Source of the DNA: Phenylobacterium sp.
Lineage (GTDB): Bacteria > Pseudomonadota > Alphaproteobacteria > Caulobacterales > Caulobacteraceae
NCBI RefSeq assembly: GCF_022402485.1
Contig: NZ_JAKRSA010000015.1
Coordinates: forward strand, 49,270-113,269
Reading direction: 5' to 3'
DNA: 64,000 nt
Position numbers and translations under genes: made by a program. The notes under the pieces are model-generated. The model ran no database searches, was not told the origin of the DNA, and worked only from the letters and a program-made list of their open reading frames with translations. Shown one piece after another: positions 10,182 to 17,921 of the stretch. The stretch's first letter is position 1, and each line of letters begins with the position of its first letter.

Positions 10182-12736
10182 CAGTCCTCCCGCACGGCGC
10201 GGATGGCGCTATCGGACAGGGCACCCCGACCGGAGAGGACCGCGGCCCCTGCCGAGGTGACCACCAGCGCCGCCCCCAGGCTGGACAGCAAGATCCAGGG
10301 CAGCCGCGTCTCCATGGTCCAGTTAAAGGACTGTGGATTGACCACATGGATCAGCACCTGGCTCATCACCACCCCCAGCGTCAGGCCTGCCAGGGCACCA
10401 ATCGCCCCCAGCAGCGCCCCTTCGGCGGCCAGCATCTGCATGATCTGACCCCGTCGGACCCCCACATGGCGCAACATGCCGAACTCCTTACGGCGGGCCA
10501 GGGTCTGGGCAGAGAAGGTGGTGGCCACCCCCGCCAGCCCGACCAGAATGGCGATGGCCTCCAGGGCATAGGTGACGGCGAAGGAGCGGTCGAAAATTCG
10601 TAGCGCCACAGCACGGATTTCCCGAGGTTCGGCGAACTCCGCCCCGGCGGCGATGGTGTCTGGCAGTTGGCCTCGAAGCGCCGCCATCGCGGCCTTAGGC
10701 TCAACCCCCGGTGCCAGGCTGATAGCGGCCTCAGCCCGCGTGGGGTCGCCGGTCAGTTGAGTGTAGGCGGCCTGATCCATCACCAGGGCCCCGAACTGGT
10801 TGGAATAGTCCCGCCAGACCCCGGCCACATAGATCTTGGTTTCGGGGGCGATGGGCAGGACGAGGGGGTCTCCGGGTTGCAGGTCATAGAGCCTGGCCAT
10901 GGGTTCCGAAATCCAGACTGCCAGGCCGTCGCCCCGGGCCTGACGGCCTACCAGCGGCAAACCAAGGCCTGCGCCACCCTCAGATCCCCCCCGGGCGCTG
11001 ACCTGGACCGCAGGGCGATCAGGGTCGAGCCGGAGGTTGAAGCTGTGGCGGAACTCCACAGCGGCCGCCGCCGGGGTCGCGGCCAGTCGCGCCTGGATGG
11101 CGGGATCAAGGGAGAGGCCCGGCTCAAGTCGCATATAGATGTCTGCGGGCAGGATCTGGACGAGCCAGTCTTCCACCGAGCCCCGGAAGCTGGTGACCAT
11201 CACCGCCATGGCCACCATCAGGCTGGTGCTGGCGACGATGCCGCAGAGGGCTACGGCCGCCTGCCGGGGCGCGCCCCAGAGCCTGGCGATGGCCAGGGCC
11301 AGGGCCGGCGGCGGGGCAGGGACCCGTCGCAGGGGGGCCAGCAGGCCTCGGGCCAACCAGGGCATGGCACCGACTCCGCCGGCGAGGATCAGGGCGATGG
11401 CCCCGTAGCCAAACAGGGGAATACCCGCGATCGGCGGCCCAAGGGCGGCAAGTCCGCCGGCCGCCAGCAGGCCGAGACTGATCCAGGGCGGCGGCTGGCC
11501 CGTCGGATCCACGGTCTCGCCTGCGCCGGATTTGAGGGCGACAGCGGCAGGGCTGCGCTCGGCTTCCAGGGCGGGAAACAGACTGCCCAGGACGGCAATG
11601 GCGACGCCGAGGCCAAAGATCACTGCCGCCGCCACTGGCGTGAAGACCAGGGGAGGGCGGCCATTGCTGAAAAACCCGCCCCCAAGGTCGCCGCCCAGCA
11701 GCCGAAGGGCCAACTCCGCCAGGCCAACGCCAAGCGCCACCCCCAGGGCTGCGCCGACCAGTCCCAGCACCAGCCCTTCGACCAGCACCTGGCCCAGCAT
11801 CCCTCGGGCCGGCAGGCCCAGGACCCGAAGCAGGGCAAACTGCGGCCGGCGTCGGGTCACCGAAAGGGACTGGGCCGAATAGACCAGGAAACCGCCGGTG
11901 AGCAGGGCCACCAGGGCCAGCATCTGAAGATTGACCCGATAGGCCCGCGAGAGGCTTTCGGTGCGGCGCATCTCGCTCTGGGGTGTGACCAGGGCGGCCT
12001 CAGGCGGCAGCCGTGTCTGAACAGCACGCTCCACAGCGCTACGGTCCACGCCGGGGGCAAGTCTGAGGTCCAGGCGTTGCAGCCGCCCCAACTGATTAAA
12101 CCGCCATTGGGCGGCGGCGATGTCGATCACCGCCAGGGCCCGGTCGCCGCTGACCCCCTCAAGGACCCCGACAATGCGGAAGGTCGCAATCTGGCCAGCC
12201 GCCGTGATCTGGATCTGGTCGCCGACCTTTAGCCCGGCTTGCTGCAGAGCGGCGGGCGACAGGGAGACGGCGTCCAGATCAAACACCGCCTCTGCGGTGG
12301 TTACCCCACTGTCTCCGGCGGCTGGCCTAGCCAGCAGGTTTGGCGTCACCCCCGCCGCGCGCAAGGGGTCCAGGCCCAGCAGGGTCAGGGCTCCTCCGTC
12401 TGCGTTGCGCGCGCGCAATTCGACGATGGGACTTGCGATCGCCACCCCCTGCACCCGCGCCAGGGTAGGATAGAGGCCTTCCTCGAAGCCCTTGGAGCTG
12501 ACCGCCTGGACCTGGAGATCGGCCGCCCCGCTGACGCTGCGCACAGCACCGGCGAATTCATCCAGGGCCGATCGGTTCACCAGATGAATGGCCAGTCCCA
12601 GCCCAACCCCCACAGCGATGGCCAGGACGGCTGCCAGGGTACGGCCAGGCTGGGCCCGCCACTCCCCCAAGACCATCCAGGCCAGCAGGCGGGCGCTGAG
12701 CCCTGCCGTAGCTGTCGCGCCGGGCCTAGGTGCCAT
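10178..12736 (-). CDS. Duplicated FtsX-like ABC permease (AttF/G type)
   Basis: Two FtsX repeats (RRRPQFALLRVLG; RRKEFGMLRHVG); 852 aa; overlaps both neighbours. Confidence 0.88.
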   Translation of the reverse strand: MAPRPGATATAGLSARLLAWMVLGEWRAQPGRTLAAVLAIAVGVGLGLAIHLVNRSALDEFAGAVRSVSGAADLQVQAVSSKGFEEGLYPTLARVQGVAIASPIVELRARNADGGALTLLGLDPLRAAGVTPNLLARPAAGDSGVTTAEAVFDLDAVSLSPAALQQAGLKVGDQIQITAAGQIATFRIVGVLEGVSGDRALAVIDIAAAQWRFNQLGRLQRLDLRLAPGVDRSAVERAVQTRLPPEAALVTPQSEMRRTESLSRAYRVNLQMLALVALLTGGFLVYSAQSLSVTRRRPQFALLRVLGLPARGMLGQVLVEGLVLGLVGAALGVALGVGLAELALRLLGGDLGGGFFSNGRPPLVFTPVAAAVIFGLGVAIAVLGSLFPALEAERSPAAVALKSGAGETVDPTGQPPPWISLGLLAAGGLAALGPPIAGIPLFGYGAIALILAGGVGAMPWLARGLLAPLRRVPAPPPALALAIARLWGAPRQAAVALCGIVASTSLMVAMAVMVTSFRGSVEDWLVQILPADIYMRLEPGLSLDPAIQARLAATPAAAAVEFRHSFNLRLDPDRPAVQVSARGGSEGGAGLGLPLVGRQARGDGLAVWISEPMARLYDLQPGDPLVLPIAPETKIYVAGVWRDYSNQFGALVMDQAAYTQLTGDPTRAEAAISLAPGVEPKAAMAALRGQLPDTIAAGAEFAEPREIRAVALRIFDRSFAVTYALEAIAILVGLAGVATTFSAQTLARRKEFGMLRHVGVRRGQIMQMLAAEGALLGAIGALAGLTLGVVMSQVLIHVVNPQSFNWTMETRLPWILLSSLGAALVVTSAGAAVLSGRGALSDSAIRAVREDW

Positions 12737-13418
12737 GGGCGACCAGCCCTTGGGCGGTAAGCGTGAGCACTCGGTCAGCCGCCGCCGCTGCCCGTTCGGA
12801 ATGGGTGACGATCACGCTGGCTGCGCCTGAGGCCCGCAGGCGCTCACAGAGCAGGGTGAGGACCACATCGGCTGTCTGGGGATCAAGGTTGCCAGTAGGC
12901 TCGTCAGCCAGCACCAGGGCTGGCCGGTGGACCAGGGCGCGGGCCAGGGCGATGCGCTGCATCTCGCCACCGGACACCTGGGCTGGAAAGTCGCCGCCCC
13001 GCCCTGTCAGCCCCACCTGGTCAAGCATGGCGGTAGCTTCTGCCAGGGCTTGGGTTTCCCGCCGCCGCGCCAGGATCAGGGGCAGGGCCACGTTCTGCGC
13101 CAGGGTCAGGTGAGGCAGGATATGGAAGGCCTGGAAGACAAAGCCGATCTTGTCCCGGCGCAGGCCGGTTCGGGCGTCGTCGTCCAGGGCGGCGAGATCG
13201 ATCCCGTCGATCTCAATGCGTCCGGCATCGGCCTGATCAAGACCCGCGATCAGATTGAGCAGGGTGGACTTGCCCACGCCGGACTCGCCCATGATGGCGA
13301 TAATCTCTCCTGGTGCCAGTCGTAAGGCCAGGTCTGAGAACAGCAGGCGTCCGCCCGGTACGCGCTTGGCCAGGTTGGTGATGTCTAAGGGGGACAAAGG
13401 GGAGGGGACCGCGACCAT
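12726..13418 (-). CDS. ABC transporter ATP-binding protein (AttE type)
   Basis: GESGVGKST, VSGGEMQRIALARAL, ADEPTGNLD. Confidence 0.92.
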   Translation of the reverse strand: MVAVPSPLSPLDITNLAKRVPGGRLLFSDLALRLAPGEIIAIMGESGVGKSTLLNLIAGLDQADAGRIEIDGIDLAALDDDARTGLRRDKIGFVFQAFHILPHLTLAQNVALPLILARRRETQALAEATAMLDQVGLTGRGGDFPAQVSGGEMQRIALARALVHRPALVLADEPTGNLDPQTADVVLTLLCERLRASGAASVIVTHSERAAAAADRVLTLTAQGLVAHGT

Positions 13419-13504
13419 GGTCGCCAGATTAGAGGGGCCGGAAGGGTCCGTCGCGCCTCAATGTCAGATGGGTCGGGGCCAGAATGACCCGGGGCAGAAA
13501 GGTC

Positions 13505-13534
13505 GAGGCCCCGGTCGTTGCCGACCGGGGCCTC
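13505..13534. terminator. 13-bp stem hairpin downstream of the cold-shock gene
   Basis: GAGGCCCCGGTCG-ttgc-CGACCGGGGCCTC, a perfect inverted repeat; T-rich flanks on both strands. Confidence 0.75.
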
Positions 13535-13560
13535 TGTCTTTTAGCCGTAGCCTTTAGCCT

Positions 13561-13770
13561 TTAGGCCTTCTGGAGCTGGCCGGCGGACATCTTGCCCGAC
13601 TTACGGTCCTTTTCGAGCTCGAAGGAGAGCTTGTCGCCTTCGTTCACCGAGCTCATGCCCGCTTGTTCAACGGCGCTGATGTGAAGAAACACGTCGGCTC
13701 CGCCATCATCGGGCTGAATGAAGCCATAGCCCTTCGTGGCGTTGAACCACTTCACTGTTCCGGTCGTCAT
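13561..13770 (-). CDS. Cold-shock protein (CspA family, 69 aa)
   Basis: [33 protein letters not shown]; ATG at 13770. Confidence 0.95.
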   Translation of the reverse strand: MTTGTVKWFNATKGYGFIQPDDGGADVFLHISAVEQAGMSSVNEGDKLSFELEKDRKSGKMSAGQLQKA

Positions 13771-14052
13771 AGTTTGCTCATTTCCTGTAGCTTGCGCGAT
13801 ACCCTGTACCGATAGATTGGTCGCTGGCAAACAAATCCCTGCATTTTTGACGAAAGAATCTCGCGCGCCAGGCGAAGGACGCTCTTGCTCATCATGCTCT
13901 AGGACCGGTTTTGGCCTTGAAAACGGGTCGAGCCCTGAGCCTTGGGTTGGCAAAAACCCCATGTTCTGCATGGCTTTAGGCCGCGAGCAGGTAACCCTCG
14001 GGCGGTGACGTACGAAGGTCCTATGATGTTTTTCGCAAAGGGACGGGCAGAC

Positions 14053-14835
14053 ATGGACCGACGGCGGCTGATCGGGCTGGGAATTGGCGTTGCGGCCTCG
14101 GTTGCCGGGCGCAGGGCCGGCGCAAGTCCAGCCGCGGCTGCGGGTCCGCAGGCCTTTGACCGCCTGCTGAGCCGCTATGCGCGTCCTGGAGCGGGGGCGA
14201 TCAACCGGGTTGACTACCGGGCCTGGCGCGCCAATGCCGCAGACCGCGCCGCACTGGACACCTATGTCGCCGCCCTGCAGGCCAGTAGCCCGAAGGGCAA
14301 GTCCCGCCCTGAGCAGGTCGCCTATTGGTGCAATCTCTATAATGCCGAGACCCTGCGGGTGGTGCTGGATGCCTATCCGGTGAAGTCGATCCTATCCATC
14401 CGGCCGACGCTGGTTTCATTTGGCCCCTGGAAGGCCAAGACCCTGCGGGTGGATGGCGCGCGCCTGTCGCTGCACGAGGTGGAACATGAGATCCTGCGGG
14501 GCCTTGGCGATCCGATGATCCACTACGGACTGAACTGCGCCTCGATCAGCTGCCCCAATCTGCCCCTGCGCGCCCTGCGCGGCGCCACCCTGACGGCGGA
14601 TCTCGACCAGGCGGCGCGGGACTACGTCAACCACCCCCGGGCCGTGCAGTTCACCGGCAAGGGCTTGGTGCTGTCCTCGATCTACAAGTGGTACCGCGAG
14701 GACTTTGGCGACACTGACGCCGACATCCTCCGCCACCTATCGGCCTTCGCCGCCCCGCCCCTGCGCGCGGTGCTCGACCGGCGACCGGCCATCACCGGCT
14801 ACGCCTATGACTGGGACCTCAACGCCCGGGCTTGA
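14053..14835 (+). CDS. DUF547 domain protein with Tat-like signal
   Basis: [52 protein letters not shown]; MDRRRLIG start at 14053. Confidence 0.88.
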   Translation: MDRRRLIGLGIGVAASVAGRRAGASPAAAAGPQAFDRLLSRYARPGAGAINRVDYRAWRANAADRAALDTYVAALQASSPKGKSRPEQVAYWCNLYNAETLRVVLDAYPVKSILSIRPTLVSFGPWKAKTLRVDGARLSLHEVEHEILRGLGDPMIHYGLNCASISCPNLPLRALRGATLTADLDQAARDYVNHPRAVQFTGKGLVLSSIYKWYREDFGDTDADILRHLSAFAAPPLRAVLDRRPAITGYAYDWDLNARA

Positions 14836-14917
14836 GATCGCGCGCAGGCGTCAAGGACAAGCAGACCAGCATCCTGGAAGGGCTGGTCAGGCGCGCCATA
14901 TGAGCTTGGGAATGGAA

Positions 14918-14994
14918 TGGTCGGAGTGGCAGGATTCGAACCTGCGACCCCCGCGTCCCGAACGCGGTGCTCTACCAGACTGAGCCACACTCCG
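14918..14994 (-). tRNA. tRNA-Pro (CGG)
   Basis: CGGAGTG acceptor stem, anticodon arm CCGCG-TTCGGGA-CGCGG, GGTTCGAATCC T-arm, encoded CCA; 77 nt. Confidence 0.97.
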
Positions 14995-15007
14995 ACTTGG
15001 AGGCGGC

Positions 15008-15036
15008 CTTATAGAGGAGCGATTTCGGCGCCGCAA
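15008..15036 (-). promoter_or_regulatory. Sigma70-type promoter for tRNA-Pro
   Basis: TTGCGG-N17-TATAAG on the minus strand, ending 14 nt upstream of the tRNA. Confidence 0.6.
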
Positions 15037-15051
15037 GCGACCGGAGGGCCG

Positions 15052-15080
15052 TTGCATCTGGAATCGGCTTTTGCTATCTC
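15052..15080 (+). promoter_or_regulatory. Sigma70-type promoter for tRNA-Gln
   Basis: TTGCAT-N17-TATCTC, divergent from the tRNA-Pro promoter. Confidence 0.5.
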
Positions 15081-15123
15081 CACGCCCTCGCGGCGGGGGG
15101 ATACGCTCCGCCGTCATTCCTGC

Positions 15124-15197
15124 TGGGGAATGGTGTAATGGTAACACAGCGGTTTTTGGTACCGTCATTCTAGGTTCGAGTCCTAGTTCCCCAGCCA
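15124..15197 (+). tRNA. tRNA-Gln (TTG), integration target
   Basis: TGGGGAA...; anticodon arm GCGGT-TTTTGGT-ACCGT; GGTTCGAGTCC; ends CCA; 74 nt. Confidence 0.97.
15148..15197 (+). repeat. attL core, 50-bp direct repeat (3' part of tRNA-Gln)
   Basis: AGCGGTTTTTGGTACCGTCATTCTAGGTTCGAGTCCTAGTTCCCCAGCCA, identical to 17668-17717. Confidence 0.95.
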
Positions 15198-15492
15198 GTT
15201 TTTTCCTTCAAAATCAAAATCTTGAGCCGATCTTGGTCGCTCCTAAATTTCCTCTTGGATGTAGGATGCATTCCTACGTCCTGTAAACGGGACCGGCTTA
15301 AGCTCTTACTTTGCGGGAAGCATGGCTGCACCCGAATGACGGCGTGGCTGCCAGCAGTCGAGGCCCAAGCGGGGGCTAACCTGTTTGAGTTTGCCGGGCG
15401 GCCTGAGCCCTTGCCTGAAGTCGCGAGCATGTGGATCACGCAATTATAGCGACGCTCTTCGTGTTGCAACTGTTCCGCGAATTGCGCACACT

Positions 15493-15680
15493 TCGCAGGC
15501 CTCTTAGCTGGGTGAAACACCGGACTTGCGAGGTGTCACTCTATGCCGGGCGCGTAGCCAGGCTGAATTCGATTGCGCGGGATTGGGCGCCGACTTCGGA
15601 ATCCGGAGCCGGTCCCGGCCTGCGTCTCGGCACCGGCTCCGGATTCCGAAGTCGGCCGCTTTAAGTAAGAGGATCTGTGG
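15493..15680 (+). ncRNA. Retron msr-msd ncRNA
   Basis: a1 CCTCTTA (15500-06) followed by G15507 in an AGC context; a2 TAAGAGG (15666-72); pairing extends 7 more bp with one bulge and G-U pairs; small msr hairpins (GGTG-aaa-CACC; CTATGC/GCGTAG); 25-bp perfect msd stem 15589-613/15632-656. Confidence 0.85.
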
Positions 15681-16595
15681 TTGGATCACCCGCTGATTGA
15701 GGAAGCAAATAGTAACCTCCGCAAGCGGGTGATCCAGCTTCTCCAAATGGGCTACAGCGTAGCTCGGGGTGGAAACATTGTCTTTGTGTGTGGCGGAAAT
15801 GAAGTTCACCACATGAGGACCAGATTCCGACAGTATTGTGCAGCTCATCTTAGCGAATTCGAGATATTTTTCCCTGAATTCGCAATGAAAGACTATTTTT
15901 CTTCATCCATTCCGGAGCCATTCGATATTGCTGACTTTGAGTATATTGTTGGCGAGTTATCGCATGCCATCGTTATATTCCCAGAGGCGCCTGGTTCATT
16001 TGCGGAGACTGGATATTTTTCTGCCATAGATAAATTGTCAGAAAAGACAATTCTAGCCCTAGACGCTCCAAGACAAGAATTCGATAGTTTTATTTCAATG
16101 GGTCCAGCGAAAAAGATCGCTGCAAAGTCTATCTTCCAACCGAATGTGCAGATGGATTACCAAGAGCCGACATTTGAATTAGTCGCATCGAGAATTAGGC
16201 GTCTGTCAGTCGCGAAAAATAGAAAACTTCTGAAAGTTGAAAGGTTTAATGATCTTACCGCCTTTGAACTATTTGCCCTCATACATCGTATTGTGACAAT
16301 TCTGTCAATCGCAACGATTGACGATATCATATATATAATGAGAGGCATTTTTAAATCCATAGTATCCGTTTCGAAAATTCGGCATATGGCTTCAATTCTT
16401 GTGGGATGCGAATACATAAAATCAATTGGAAAATATGGACACTATTATGCAAGAAAAGACAAATCTACTCTTTTAGAGGTCAGAAGCGGATTTGTAAATC
16501 AAGAGACAGACATAAGAATTCTTTTGGCCGGCATATATGAAGTTGGAGATTCCGAGTTTATCGAAATCATAGAGGCGTCGATGAATGCTGATTGA
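15681..16595 (+). CDS. Retron effector (St85/Ec86-like: NDT-like N-terminal domain plus C-terminal wHTH-like region)
   Basis: IVFVCGG, IFFPE, AIVIFPEAPGSFAETGYF (E-x-x-GS-x-x-E-x-G-x-F), DSFISMGP; 304 aa; TTG start right after a2; 11-nt overlap with the RT. Confidence 0.85.
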   Translation: MDHPLIEEANSNLRKRVIQLLQMGYSVARGGNIVFVCGGNEVHHMRTRFRQYCAAHLSEFEIFFPEFAMKDYFSSSIPEPFDIADFEYIVGELSHAIVIFPEAPGSFAETGYFSAIDKLSEKTILALDAPRQEFDSFISMGPAKKIAAKSIFQPNVQMDYQEPTFELVASRIRRLSVAKNRKLLKVERFNDLTAFELFALIHRIVTILSIATIDDIIYIMRGIFKSIVSVSKIRHMASILVGCEYIKSIGKYGHYYARKDKSTLLEVRSGFVNQETDIRILLAGIYEVGDSEFIEIIEASMNAD

Positions 16596-17529
16596 TCGAT
16601 TGTGCAAGCAGACAGGCCTAACGCGCGCGCAGATTGACCGGTATGCGGAAACTGCGTCCAATCGATATAAGACTTATTCAATTTTGAAGCGCAATGGTAA
16701 TGAACGAATTATTTCTCAGCCCAGTCGAGAAATTAAAGCCTTGCAGCGATGGTTGGTGAGGGTGCTTTTTCAGCATTTTCCAGTTCACCAGTCTGCGACC
16801 GCTTATGCGAAGGGGTCTAGTATTCGAATTAATGCGGAGCGTCACGTCGACTCAAACTATACGCTTAGAGTGGACTTTCAGGACTTTTTTAGCTCATTCC
16901 GTTCTGAAGATGTTGGCAGATTTTTGAGTGTATCAAACCAAAAATTGAATTTTGATATTAGATTAGAAGATATTTCGATCATCACAAAAATTGTTTCACG
17001 GCATGGCAGGTTAACTGTTGGGGCGCCATCATCGCCGATGCTAACAAATATAATGATGTACGACTTTGATTATCATTTGAATAAATGGGCGTGCGAGCGC
17101 GATGTCGTGTATACAAGATACGCAGATGACATTTTTCTTTCGGCAATGAAAGGAGAGCACTTAAATGGAGCGATGGGGTCTATATCAAGTTTTGCGAGTG
17201 ATTTTGTATTAGCTGATATAAAAATAAATAGTCAAAAGACGGTCTTTCTTTCCAGAAAGGCGCGTAGATCTATTACAGGTTTAGTAATTACAACTGATAG
17301 AGATGTATCTATAGGTAGAGATCGGAAACGTAAGATAAAATCATTAATATATTTACAGAAAATGGGAATATTAGAGAATTCAAAACTATCATACTTGCGA
17401 GGGATGTTGTCTTTTATTTCTGATGTAGAACCTGAATTCTATGAGACCTTGTCGCGTAAGTTTGGCGATTCATTTGTTTCGGCGATTATGAATGGAGCAG
17501 AGACTGGTGTCGAGGACGCTCTGTTCTGA
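16585..17529 (+). CDS. Retron reverse transcriptase
   Basis: RIISQPSREIKALQRW, region X NAERH, VDFQDFFSS, LTVGAPSSPMLTN, YTRYADDIFLS, region Y SITGLVI, SIGRDRKR; 314 aa; no extra domain. Confidence 0.96.
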   Translation: MLIDRLCKQTGLTRAQIDRYAETASNRYKTYSILKRNGNERIISQPSREIKALQRWLVRVLFQHFPVHQSATAYAKGSSIRINAERHVDSNYTLRVDFQDFFSSFRSEDVGRFLSVSNQKLNFDIRLEDISIITKIVSRHGRLTVGAPSSPMLTNIMMYDFDYHLNKWACERDVVYTRYADDIFLSAMKGEHLNGAMGSISSFASDFVLADIKINSQKTVFLSRKARRSITGLVITTDRDVSIGRDRKRKIKSLIYLQKMGILENSKLSYLRGMLSFISDVEPEFYETLSRKFGDSFVSAIMNGAETGVEDALF

Positions 17530-17667
17530 CGGTTCTTTGACAAAGATAAATCGGAATGCGCCCGGATTGTCCAATGTACGCTTGGGCTTTCCGACTAAGT
17601 TTCTGATCTTATTGGCGAAGTTAGAAGTGCAATTTTCAGTTAGTGTATTGAACTAGCTATAGCATCT

Positions 17668-17717
17668 AGCGGTTTTTGGTACCGTCATTCTAGGTTCGAG
17701 TCCTAGTTCCCCAGCCA
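17668..17717 (+). repeat. attR core, duplicated 3' 50 nt of tRNA-Gln
   Basis: Exact copy of 15148-15197; lacks the 5' acceptor/D arm, so not a functional tRNA. Confidence 0.95.
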
Positions 17718-17921
17718 ACGAATTCAATCAATTAGTGCCATATCAACCCCCCTGCGCCAGGGCGCGGATAGGGCGTCCGGACGGGTCCTGCACCGGCTTT
17801 CCGGGTGATGCCCCGTGGAACTGCGGCGATGGCCTTCAACCCCCTGGCCCTGGTTCTGGACTTCGGTCGTCACCACATCGGCTTTGATGTTCTACGGGCG
17901 GTTTCAGAGGGCGGTCTTCCC

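Larger units (their letters stand above)
15198..17667. mobile_element. Integrase-less tRNA-Gln genomic islet (2470 bp between repeats) carrying a retron
   Basis: Flanked by perfect 50-bp tRNA 3' repeats. AT-rich: sample 60-nt lines count 28% and 57% GC against 83% in a flanking line. No recombinase ORF inside. Confidence 0.9.

Noticed and set aside
14805-15286. ORFs overlapping the tRNA genes
   Set aside because: Translations of tRNA-Pro/tRNA-Gln sequence.
15222-15449. 75-aa ORF in the islet leader
   Set aside because: TTG start, no SD, no recognisable motif, overlaps hairpins. A gene remnant cannot be excluded but is unsupported.
16585-17529. Group II intron, DGR or CRISPR-associated RT
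   Set aside because: Short RT with retron regions X and Y; no maturase/endonuclease domain, no intron domain V, no TR/VR pair, no Cas genes or array.
15198-17667. Integrase or transposase in the islet
   Set aside because: No ORF with tyrosine/serine recombinase or DDE motifs on either strand; the space is used by the retron.
17668-17717. A second tRNA-Gln gene
   Set aside because: Only the 3' 50 nt are present; the upstream sequence cannot form the acceptor stem or D arm. It is attR.
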